From positions 4,720 through 68,719 of the forward strand of contig CAZYJW010000002.1 of the NCBI GenBank assembly GCA_964647855.1: 64,000 nucleotides of DNA, written 5' to 3'. The position numbers were made by a program, and so were the translations under genes. Every line of letters begins with the position of its first letter. Within the stretch, counting starts at the first letter, position 1. The notes under the pieces were generated by a model that saw nothing but the letters and a program-made list of their open reading frames with translations, was not told the DNA's origin and ran no database searches. Below, in pieces: positions 54,273-62,601 of this stretch. This DNA comes from Candidatus Micrarchaeota archaeon (GTDB taxonomy: Archaea > Micrarchaeota > Micrarchaeia > Anstonellales > Bilamarchaeaceae).

Positions 54273-55255
54273 CTTTCCCGCGTAACCGAGTACCTGGCTA
54301 TCTCCGCGAGGGATTTCCGGTCCTCGGACTCCGGAAGCCGCATCAGGAGGCGCTCGGCCTCTGCCGCAAAGGAGTTCGCCCGCCCCTGCGCGTATCCTAT
54401 CGACCCGGACTTGCCCATGGCCCCGATGGCCCAGGATATCTCCGCGGCATCCCGAGAATGCGAGCCCAGGATCGAGATCATCCTCCGGCAATCGTCCTTC
54501 GGTGCTTTCGAGAGGAAATGGACCACCATCAGGGTCCGCTTGCCTTCCGAGATGTCCCCGCCGATCTCCTTCTTGTATTTTTCGAAGTCGCCGGTGAGGT
54601 TCAGCACGTCGTCCTGTATCTGGAACGCGGCGCCCATCAGCTCCCCGTACCTGCGGAGGGCCCGCCGCACGGGAGCCCTCGCGCCCCCAAGCAGCGCGCC
54701 GGCCTCGCATGAGAGCCCCATCAGCGCCGAGGTCTTTCCGCCTATCATCTCGAGGTATTCCTTCTCGCCGACATCGAACCGGTTCTCGCGTATCCAGGAC
54801 AGCTCTATCCCCTGACCCTCGACCACGCGCTTGAAGGCGGATGCGCAGAGCCCCTGCAGCCTGAGGAGGCGCGCCGGGCGAACCTCGAGCGAAACGAGCT
54901 TCTTCCATAGGAGGGTGTAGAGCGCGTCGCCGGAGTTCAGCGCAATAGGTATTCCGTGGCCCACGTGCAGGGCGGGCTCCCCGCGCCTGAAACGCGAGTC
55001 GTCCTCAATATCGTCGTGTATGAGCGTGAAGTTGTGGAACAGCTCGATTATGGCGGCGGGAGCTATTGCGTCCTCGTAGCGCCCGCCCGCGGCCTTGCAG
55101 GAGAGGAGGGCGAGTGCGGGCCTTATCCTCTTGCCCCCCCGCCTGATGAAGGGGAGGAGGAGGCCGTAAACGCGGGGGTCCTCCCTGGAAAGCTCGCTCT
55201 CCATGTCCGCCTCCACGGAAGAGAGGTATGACGAGATATGCGGGTAGATGTCCAT
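54269..55255 (-). CDS. geranylgeranyl diphosphate synthase (trans-prenyltransferase)
   Basis: First Asp-rich motif LIHDDIEDD and second QIQDDVLN. Chain length is inferred only from archaeal context. Confidence 0.85.
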   Translation of the reverse strand: MDIYPHISSYLSSVEADMESELSREDPRVYGLLLPFIRRGGKRIRPALALLSCKAAGGRYEDAIAPAAIIELFHNFTLIHDDIEDDSRFRRGEPALHVGHGIPIALNSGDALYTLLWKKLVSLEVRPARLLRLQGLCASAFKRVVEGQGIELSWIRENRFDVGEKEYLEMIGGKTSALMGLSCEAGALLGGARAPVRRALRRYGELMGAAFQIQDDVLNLTGDFEKYKKEIGGDISEGKRTLMVVHFLSKAPKDDCRRMISILGSHSRDAAEISWAIGAMGKSGSIGYAQGRANSFAAEAERLLMRLPESEDRKSLAEIARYSVTRER

Positions 55256-55283
55256 TCAATCCCCGGGCCGTTGCCTGCCCCGT

Positions 55284-55583
55284 TCAAAGCCTTTTCGAGT
55301 GACCGCACATGCAGCGTATCCTCAGGCAGTTGTTCTTCCTGTCGAACGACACGGTGGCGGTCTTGCCAGGAATCCACACCTGGCGGCATTTCCTGCAGAA
55401 GCTGTTCCGAAGCTCCTTCGGAAGCTTGACCTTGTTCTTCTTGAGCAGCTGGAATGCCATCTCAACGTATCTGCGCGAGCGGGACGCATTGGCGCCGGAA
55501 TGCTCCTTCCGGGCCCGGTCCAGAAGGCGCTCTATCGACTGGCGCACGCTGGACTTTATAATGCTTTTCCGCTTACTATGCAT
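55284..55583 (-). CDS. rnp4: RNase P protein component 4 (Rpp21/Rpr2)
   Basis: 99 aa. Basic N-terminal helices, then the zinc ribbon CRKC...CMCGH. Confidence 0.8.
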   Translation of the reverse strand: MHSKRKSIIKSSVRQSIERLLDRARKEHSGANASRSRRYVEMAFQLLKKNKVKLPKELRNSFCRKCRQVWIPGKTATVSFDRKNNCLRIRCMCGHSKRL

Positions 55584-55595
55584 GCAGTTGGTTCG

Positions 55596-56429
55596 ATGGA
55601 AAAATTTATATACGATTACTTTGTCCGGCCCATCTGGGACAGGACCGGATACAACATCGTCAACACCGCCGCCTACGCCGTTATCGCGCTAGCGGCGGTC
55701 TACCTGCTGCACCGGGTCCTGAAGGGCAGGGTGGCGCTTGATGGCCGGTTCATAAACAACACGCTCTGCTTCGTCCTCCTTGGCTCGACCGCGAGGGTGG
55801 TAACCGACGCAATAGACAACGGGCGCTTCCTGCCCGTCACGCCGGCGCATGAGCTCGTACTCGGGAGCCGCCTGCTCGATTACGGATACCTGACGGTTTC
55901 GCCCGGGATATACATCGTCACGGCAGCCCTGATGCTGATATCGCTGGCGGCTTTCCGGCGGCTTGGCCGTGAGGGCGATTTCGGCGTTGCGGGAATCGTG
56001 CTCTGGCTCCCCGCCTTCCTGCTGCTATTGCCCCTGATGGCGTATGCGGCGTTCATCCTCCCCATAATCGCGCTTGCGGCGGTTCCGGCGTGGGCGGCAT
56101 GGAGGCATTTCAGGGACCTGCCTCTCGCCCTCGTGGTCGCAGGCCAGGCCCTGGACGGGGCAGCCACGTTCATCGTGATAGACGTCTTCTCGAAAGCTTC
56201 AGGCATCGTGTATTTCGAGCAGCACGTCGTGGGCGCGGCGATCGGGGGGTTTTTCGGCACCTATTTCGCATTCTACCTGGTGAAAGTCGCGATAGCCTTC
56301 GCGGCGGCATACGTCCTTAGGAAGGAGAGCATGGATTCCGAGGACAGGAACTATGTGGCCCTGGTCCTCATGATAATGGGCTTCGCGCCGGGCATCCGCG
56401 ACATCCTGCGGATGGCGGTCGGGGCGTGA
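55596..56429 (+). CDS. DUF63 family membrane protein
   Basis: MEKFIYDYFVRPIWDRTGYNIVNTAAYAVI... followed by multiple TM segments. The long upstream track extension is antisense to rnp4. Confidence 0.7.
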   Translation: MEKFIYDYFVRPIWDRTGYNIVNTAAYAVIALAAVYLLHRVLKGRVALDGRFINNTLCFVLLGSTARVVTDAIDNGRFLPVTPAHELVLGSRLLDYGYLTVSPGIYIVTAALMLISLAAFRRLGREGDFGVAGIVLWLPAFLLLLPLMAYAAFILPIIALAAVPAWAAWRHFRDLPLALVVAGQALDGAATFIVIDVFSKASGIVYFEQHVVGAAIGGFFGTYFAFYLVKVAIAFAAAYVLRKESMDSEDRNYVALVLMIMGFAPGIRDILRMAVGA

Positions 56430-56438
56430 GGGGGCATT

Positions 56439-56912
56439 ATGGCAGTCGCACGCAGGTTCATGGAAGAGGCCATACGCATGGGGAAGGCGGGCGTCCGCAA
56501 GGAGAACTCGCCTTTCGGCTGCTGCATCGTGAAGGGCGGCAGAATCGTTGCCCTCGCGCACAATACGGTGCTTGCCGGGAGGGACGGGACGAACCATGCC
56601 GAGATGAACGCTGTCCGCGCGGCCTGCAGGAGGCTCAAATCCCACGAGCTCCGCGGCTGCACGGTATATTCCACCACCGAGCCGTGCCCCATGTGCTTCT
56701 CCGCGATCCATTGGGTCAAGGCGGATGCCATCGTCTACGGAACTGCGATAGCGGATGTCAAGGCCCTGGGGTTCTCTGAGCTGACGATAGGCAACGCGGA
56801 GATGAAGAGGAGGGGCGGCTCCAGGGTCAGGATACGGGGCAGCTTCATGAGGAAGGAATGCCTGGCGTTCCTCGATTATTGGAAGGCGCGCAGGAAGGGA
56901 AGGACGTATTGA
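56439..56912 (+). CDS. CMP/dCMP-type zinc deaminase (guanine deaminase / TadA-like)
   Basis: HAEMNA and PCPMC zinc-binding motifs at typical spacing. Confidence 0.8.
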   Translation: MAVARRFMEEAIRMGKAGVRKENSPFGCCIVKGGRIVALAHNTVLAGRDGTNHAEMNAVRAACRRLKSHELRGCTVYSTTEPCPMCFSAIHWVKADAIVYGTAIADVKALGFSELTIGNAEMKRRGGSRVRIRGSFMRKECLAFLDYWKARRKGRTY

Positions 56913-56930
56913 CTGGCGGAGCCCGCCCCG

Positions 56931-58691
56931 CTAAGGCTTGGACATGAGCGCAACGAGCAGCAGGACCACGCCGATGAAGATGAGCGGCAGGGTTATCTTA
57001 GCCACGGCGACTATGGAATTGACAGTCGAGATGACCTCTATCGACTGCTTCGCGCCGAGCACGCGGATATCGAACCAGCGGGTATTCGAGAACGCCTGGG
57101 CGGGCTGCATGTCGCGGACCGCCTCCTCCACCGCAACCCTTATCGCGGAGAGAGTTTCGTCCTCCTCCTTGAGCGGGTTCAGCACGCCCCGCACCATGTT
57201 GGTCTGGTGCGTGTCGGTCGTGAAGACGCCGACCGCGAAATTCCGCCCCATGGCCTTTCCTGCGGCCTTCACATCCGCCTCGATGCGTTCGCGGAAGGCG
57301 GGTGTCACGCCGTTCGAGTCTATGAGCACAACAACGTATTGCGGCTCGGTGGAGAAAACGGCTACCTTGATGCCGGCCTTGCCGATTACATCCGAATCCA
57401 TCCCACGGAAGGAGGCCCCCACGGAAAGCGGGCGGCTGCGCGGTTTCGCCAGGAGAGCCGCCCGTATCGCTTCGAGATAGCGGAAGCCCACCGGGCTGCC
57501 GGGCTCGAAGCTCGTGATGTCGCCGGTCTCCGCGTTGTGCTGGTCGATGACCATCGCACTGGAGGCGTGCTTCTCGGCCTCCTTCATGAGGGCGAGGCCA
57601 AGTCCGAAGTTGATATCCTCGGTGACCTCGGGGGCCCTTGAGAGGCCTATTATCGCGGAATCCCCCACCCGCAGGGCCTCTGCCCTGCACTCGCCGGACG
57701 CGCCGATGGAGAGGGAGACGCTCGCGCGGCGGAATTCTGCCGACGAGGCTGCCGAATCGAAGGCATCGATTATCTTCGACATCTCGCTTGTCGCCACCGG
57801 ATTAAGGTCATGGGTGACGGTCCCGTGGAAAACGAAGGTCCGCGAGCCGTATTTCCCGTCGATTTCCGACGCAATCAGGTGGGAGAACTCGCTTCCCCCC
57901 AGGTTGCCGAAAGGGCCGTAGTGGACGTAGGGGGTCACGAAGAATATCGTGCCGTCCCGCCTGCGGAAGCCCGCCACGGAAAGCATCGTCCGGGCGTCTT
58001 CGCCGACCTGGCGGAATACCTTCTCCACGTCCTTGTTATGGTAGAGCCACTGGCTGAAGAGGTAGGACATCGCGTCCTCGCTGCTGAGGCCCAGGTTCTT
58101 CTTCATGGGCGCGTTGATTATGAAAAAGAAGATGAGAAGGGCCCCGAGGAACACGAACGATGAGATGTAGAACTGCACCGCAACATCGATGAATGGGCCC
58201 TCGGTAACGTGGAGCGCCTGGTTCCCCAGCAGGAACACCAGGTAGAAGAGGAGCTGTATGACCGCGAAAAGGATGGAGCGGTATTTCAAAATGAAGACGA
58301 ACCGCGCAATCACGTACCAGAGCACGAACACGGTGGCCGAGCCCACGAGCACCGCCATCTGCGCCCAGAGCGGGTTGACTCCGGCGAGGAGCAGGTTGGC
58401 GCCGTAGGCGAGGGAATACACCGCCTCACCAGCGAAGGCGGTCGCCGCGATGCGCCTGAATGGCATCCTGCGGATCATGAGCTTGATTACCGCTGCGCTT
58501 AGGAGCGCCGGCAGGGCGAGCAGCATGAGCCCGTCTATCAGCGCGGACTCGGGCGGCTTCCCGTTTCCGAGGTTGATTATGATTCCGAACAGCGCGCCCA
58601 GGGCGAGGATGGCCGCGATGATGTAATAGGACGGCGGAAGCGTGATGAAGTAGGATGTTAGGTTGACTGCCCGATTGATGTTCCTGCTCAT
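56931..58691 (-). CDS. large archaeal membrane protein (DUF2070-like architecture)
   Basis: 586 aa. N-terminal ~6-7 TM block, a ~320-aa soluble domain, and a C-terminal TM. The family name is a recollection-based guess. Confidence 0.6.
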   Translation of the reverse strand: MSRNINRAVNLTSYFITLPPSYYIIAAILALGALFGIIINLGNGKPPESALIDGLMLLALPALLSAAVIKLMIRRMPFRRIAATAFAGEAVYSLAYGANLLLAGVNPLWAQMAVLVGSATVFVLWYVIARFVFILKYRSILFAVIQLLFYLVFLLGNQALHVTEGPFIDVAVQFYISSFVFLGALLIFFFIINAPMKKNLGLSSEDAMSYLFSQWLYHNKDVEKVFRQVGEDARTMLSVAGFRRRDGTIFFVTPYVHYGPFGNLGGSEFSHLIASEIDGKYGSRTFVFHGTVTHDLNPVATSEMSKIIDAFDSAASSAEFRRASVSLSIGASGECRAEALRVGDSAIIGLSRAPEVTEDINFGLGLALMKEAEKHASSAMVIDQHNAETGDITSFEPGSPVGFRYLEAIRAALLAKPRSRPLSVGASFRGMDSDVIGKAGIKVAVFSTEPQYVVVLIDSNGVTPAFRERIEADVKAAGKAMGRNFAVGVFTTDTHQTNMVRGVLNPLKEEDETLSAIRVAVEEAVRDMQPAQAFSNTRWFDIRVLGAKQSIEVISTVNSIVAVAKITLPLIFIGVVLLLVALMSKP

Positions 58692-58727
58692 CGTTTTTTA
58701 ATATCCTTCTCACTGCTTTAAAACGAT

Positions 58728-59348
58728 ATGTCAGGATTGATCTGCCCGAAATGCGGAAGGTCCGAGGGCGAGGTGCGCTTCATCGAAGCGTTCTGCGCGG
58801 ACTGCTACCCGGTAAGCCTCAAGCTCCCGCAGAAGCTCGCGATAATGCAGTGCACGAGATGCATGAGGCTCCACATCCAGGGAAGGTGGGTGGAATACAG
58901 CGCGAAGCGCGTGGCGGATTTCGTCCTCTCCAAATGCAGGGGGGATTATGATTCCGCGGAATACGACCCCGAACGCGGCGCCGCCACATTCGTAATGGGC
59001 AGGAGCGGCGCGAGGGTCGAGAGGGAGATTCCGCTGGACATCCAGAAGACGATATGCCAGCAGTGCTCGCGCCTAAGCGGCGGCTACTACGAGGCCATAA
59101 TACAGCTCCGTGGCGCGCCCACGAAGGTGCTCGGCTACTCGGAAATGCTGTATAAGAAGCTGGCGGGGCGCACGTTCATCGCAAAGGAGGATGAGAAGGA
59201 GAACGGCGTGGACATATACGTGGGGAGCTCCAAGGCGGTCGTGGAGATCGTGGCCGGCCTCGGCATCAAGAGCCTGATCACCAAGAAGCTTGTCGGGGCC
59301 GAGCAGGGGAAGAGGCTATACCGGACCACCTTCCTGATCCGGCTCTGA
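58728..59348 (+). CDS. NMD3-family protein (ribosomal large subunit export/maturation factor homolog)
   Basis: N-terminal CPKCG...FCADC...CTRC zinc-cluster pattern typical of NMD3. Confidence 0.65.
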   Translation: MSGLICPKCGRSEGEVRFIEAFCADCYPVSLKLPQKLAIMQCTRCMRLHIQGRWVEYSAKRVADFVLSKCRGDYDSAEYDPERGAATFVMGRSGARVEREIPLDIQKTICQQCSRLSGGYYEAIIQLRGAPTKVLGYSEMLYKKLAGRTFIAKEDEKENGVDIYVGSSKAVVEIVAGLGIKSLITKKLVGAEQGKRLYRTTFLIRL

Positions 59349-60329
59349 GCTGCGCCCGCCTCCGCCGTTGGCCGGGGTGCGGAGCGCGGCTGGGACCGCG
59401 GGAAGGTGGAGCAGGGTGGTCTTGAACCGGACCACGAGCGCGAACGCCGCCGCCTTTGCGGCGCCGATTCCGAAGAGCGAGAAGACGAGCGTCGAGCCGC
59501 CCTCGCTCAGGCCGAGGCCGGCGATTGTGGGCGACGGGACGAACTCCAGCATGGTCACGAGCGGCTGCAGGAAGAAGTAGAACGCCGCCTCCGGATAGGG
59601 CGTGTCGAGCGTTATGCCCACGGCCTTCGCCGCGAAATACCAGGATAGGGCGCGGAACGTCCAGCTTGCGAGTATCAGGGCGACTATGTGGGGCGCCTTG
59701 CGGACTATTACGTGCGAGCCCTCCTGCATGCGGCCCGCCATGGCATGCAGCCCCGAGGCCACCGGGATGCCGCGCAGGAACGAAAGGGAGCCGAGGAAGC
59801 GCCTGGAGAAAAGGGTGAGAAGCATGATTGCGATGATCGCGCCGATTGCAAGGGAGCCTGCGAGAAGGAACCAGCCCTGGCCCGGCCCCGCCAGAATCGC
59901 CATCAGGTAGACGACGGCCCCGCTTCCGGCCACGAGCTTGAATGCGAAATCGAAAATCTGCGGCCCGAATATGGAGAGAAGCGCCTTTTCAGACGGCACC
60001 CCGTGATGGTAGTGCAGGGAAGCGGCGGTGGCGAAATAGCCCGTGCGGGAAGGCGTGAAATCCGCGAGGAGCATGCCGATGAAATGCGCGGAGAGTATCC
60101 TTATGAACGGCAGCCGCACCCCTAGCTCCCTGAGTATTATCAGGATGCGGAATGACATCAGGAGGTCCATGGCGAAGAGGCACGCGATGCTGGCAAGGAG
60201 GAGCCACAAGTCGAGCCCGCCGATTTCCGCGGCCACTTCCGCCGCCCCCACGTACCATAGGATGGCCGCTATGAGGATGGCGGATATCGCGCCGTTGAGG
60301 AGGAAAAGGAGGGTCTTCCGGTCCATCAT
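59316..60329 (-). CDS. flippase-like / UPF0104 (LPG-synthase TM-type) membrane protein
   Basis: Start MMDRKTLLFLLNG. ~8 TM segments. LADFTPSRTGYF motif. The long 5' track extension is rejected. Confidence 0.7.
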   Translation of the reverse strand: MMDRKTLLFLLNGAISAILIAAILWYVGAAEVAAEIGGLDLWLLLASIACLFAMDLLMSFRILIILRELGVRLPFIRILSAHFIGMLLADFTPSRTGYFATAASLHYHHGVPSEKALLSIFGPQIFDFAFKLVAGSGAVVYLMAILAGPGQGWFLLAGSLAIGAIIAIMLLTLFSRRFLGSLSFLRGIPVASGLHAMAGRMQEGSHVIVRKAPHIVALILASWTFRALSWYFAAKAVGITLDTPYPEAAFYFFLQPLVTMLEFVPSPTIAGLGLSEGGSTLVFSLFGIGAAKAAAFALVVRFKTTLLHLPAVPAALRTPANGGGGRSSEPDQEGGPV

Positions 60330-61153
60330 CGCACCTCCCTGAGCCTGAGCGTGAAGGGAAGCCCCCTCCCCTCCGGGGCTAGGCTGGGCGATGGCGGCAG
60401 GGCGCGGTTTATCCTTTCGAGCGCCTTTAGCGTGCGGCCGGCATCCTCCTGGCCCATCGCCGGATGGAAGCAGTTGAGGAAGAGAAGCAGGTTTTCCGCG
60501 CAGAGGTAGAGTGCGGCGGAGAGCGTTCCGCGCAGCTCCTCGGCGCCCCCCGGAACTTCCAGCGTCGTGCCTCCCTCCAGATTTGGCGTGTTGTGGTTGA
60601 TGCCGAACAGGCTCGAATGCGATTTCTGGCAGAACGCCCAGTACTGATTCTGGAAAATCCGCTCGTAGTGCCCCTTCCCGTATAGCCCTTTTAGCATCTT
60701 CTGGAAGCTGTATTTCCTCCGCAGGTTCTCTAGCGCCCTCTCCTTCGTGTTCGACCATGCGCCGGTTTTTATCATGCCGAGCTTCTGCGAATCCATTTCG
60801 TTCATTTTCCTGAAATTCGCGTATATGCCGTCGTCCGTCAGGTACGCGTACTGCCAGATTATCGTCTCGAAGACCGTGCGCATGTTGTTCGCGGCCGGGT
60901 CGGGCAGCCCCGCGCGTATGAGCATGTAGGATGCGTCCAGATAGACGCAATTGCGGTAGAAGAGCGCAAGCAGGTCCTTCTGCTTCAGGTCCAATTTGCC
61001 GGATGATGAGAGCCTCTGGAAAAGCAGGCGGGAGAAAGAGAGTGCGGACTCGATGTGGCCCGCCTCTTTGTGAAATAGGGCCGAGACCTGTGCTTTCAGG
61101 GAATCGTGCTGCCTCTCCATATGCGAGAAGCCGGGTGGTGCCGGTTCATCCAT
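60326..61153 (-). CDS. hypothetical 275-aa helical protein
   Basis: ORF with a 4-nt overlap onto the downstream membrane protein gene. No motif recognised with confidence. Confidence 0.6.
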   Translation of the reverse strand: MDEPAPPGFSHMERQHDSLKAQVSALFHKEAGHIESALSFSRLLFQRLSSSGKLDLKQKDLLALFYRNCVYLDASYMLIRAGLPDPAANNMRTVFETIIWQYAYLTDDGIYANFRKMNEMDSQKLGMIKTGAWSNTKERALENLRRKYSFQKMLKGLYGKGHYERIFQNQYWAFCQKSHSSLFGINHNTPNLEGGTTLEVPGGAEELRGTLSAALYLCAENLLLFLNCFHPAMGQEDAGRTLKALERINRALPPSPSLAPEGRGLPFTLRLREVR

Positions 61154-61214
61154 GCCTTCACTTCTCCGCTATCGATTTTTTATTTCCCCATCCCCGGAGC
61201 CGGCAGATGGACGG

Positions 61215-61463
61215 CTAGTCAATGATGACATCCCTTCCGGTGAGGTTCTTGATGATGGCCTCGCTCAGCGTCTTGTCGTCAATCTGGAACGCTGCGTAGA
61301 GGTCAGGCCTCGTTTTCCTCATCGCGCCGAAGAACGCCACCTTCTCGTCGCGGACGCGGGCCGTATCCGACTTGTCCCCCGTGGCAAGCCTGCCCCGCCA
61401 GACATCCACCTTCGCCCTCGCATCCCTGTATTCCTTCGAGTTTATCAGTTCAGACAATTTCAT
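61215..61463 (-). CDS. hypothetical 82-aa protein
   Basis: Small ORF 16 nt downstream of the zincin-like paralog. Charged and helical. Confidence 0.5.
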   Translation of the reverse strand: MKLSELINSKEYRDARAKVDVWRGRLATGDKSDTARVRDEKVAFFGAMRKTRPDLYAAFQIDDKTLSEAIIKNLTGRDVIID

Positions 61464-61479
61464 TACATCACCTGCATTT

Positions 61480-62601
61480 TCATCTGAAGCGTTCTATCGC
61501 CATCTGTGCATAGCATTGTGCCATAATCGGGCTTGATTCCCATCCGGCGTAATCAATGCCCGCCGCGGATGCCTTCCCCATTATGAACGAGAAGGCGTCC
61601 GCGCCGGAGCGACAGGCCATAAGCCCGTCGAATGAGCCGGCGCCAAGCCGCACATCCAGAAGGGTTCGGACCTGCGTGAAGTCGCCGGAAAGATAGGCCC
61701 GCCTGAGTGGCTCCTCCCCGACCACCTGCTGCATCGCAAAGCAGACCGAGGTTTCGAATGTATAGGCGACGCCGCTTGGAACGCGCCCGTGGCTCCTTGC
61801 AAGCCCCTGCGCCAGCAACTCGGTCATGCCTTCGTGGACGGCCCACCCCTCCTCCCGTAAATGCGGGTTCCCATCGCCATCCCGCCATCTGGTGGCACCT
61901 CCGCCGCCAAGGTATGCGGCGTAGTGGAGCTGTTCGTGGGCCATCATCAGATAGGCATTATCCCCCTGATAGAGGCTAACGAAAACGTGATTGGTTCCTG
62001 CCTCGTACATGCCGCCCGTCGGATTTCCGGAAGCGGCGGAGACGGTCGCGAACCATCCGCCAGTCTCGAGCGTCGCCACGGGAGGCGAGCGCGAGAATCT
62101 TGAGAACACGGTCTCGCCAAGGAAGTCCCGGGTCATCCACCCGCCCGAGACATCCCGGCTGATGGCCCCCACATCCTCTTGGTGGGAATCCCTATATTCG
62201 GCTGCGCCCGGCACCTCGGGAGCTGCAGAAAGCCCGGGCACGGTATCGAAACCGCGGCGCATGAATCCCTCGGAATCGGCGCGCGCCTCATCAGTGGTGG
62301 TGAAAACGCGCGCGGGCTGCTCGAAGCCCCGCGCCGCCTCGCTGAAAAGGTCTTCGGCAGACATCCGGCGCGCAGGGCCCTGGCGAAGAGCCCCGGCAAG
62401 GAAGGATCTCACCCGGTCAGACTGCGCGCCAAGCGAGGCGGTTGCCTGCATGGCCGCTGCAGTGGAAGCGTCAAGCCTCTGCTCCGCGTCAGGCAGCCTT
62501 ACTGGAATCGCCACCTCGACCCTTCTCCGCTGCTCGAGCACCAGTCCGCCCGTTGCCAGCTCTGCATCCTCAACGCTCCGCTCCATCTTCTTTCCGCTCA
62601 T
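61480..62601 (-). CDS. uncharacterised zincin-like protein (HExxH ... HEGMTE), family member 2 of 3
   Basis: The start MSGKKMERSVEDAELATGG is chosen by collinearity with member 3 (MSGTRALERHVEEAEHATGQ). HEQLH, then VHEGMTELLAQ. ATGA overlap with the upstream paralog. Confidence 0.75.
   Translation of the reverse strand: MSGKKMERSVEDAELATGGLVLEQRRRVEVAIPVRLPDAEQRLDASTAAAMQATASLGAQSDRVRSFLAGALRQGPARRMSAEDLFSEAARGFEQPARVFTTTDEARADSEGFMRRGFDTVPGLSAAPEVPGAAEYRDSHQEDVGAISRDVSGGWMTRDFLGETVFSRFSRSPPVATLETGGWFATVSAASGNPTGGMYEAGTNHVFVSLYQGDNAYLMMAHEQLHYAAYLGGGGATRWRDGDGNPHLREEGWAVHEGMTELLAQGLARSHGRVPSGVAYTFETSVCFAMQQVVGEEPLRRAYLSGDFTQVRTLLDVRLGAGSFDGLMACRSGADAFSFIMGKASAAGIDYAGWESSPIMAQCYAQMAIERFR

Noticed and set aside
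54273-54908. N-terminal 212-aa extension of the large surface-protein ORF (track ORF 52131-54908).
   Set aside because: The extension overlaps the well-supported GGPP synthase gene in another frame and is Arg/Gly-rich. The internal MRKYLKRS start is followed by a signal-anchor helix and overlaps the GGPPS stop codon.
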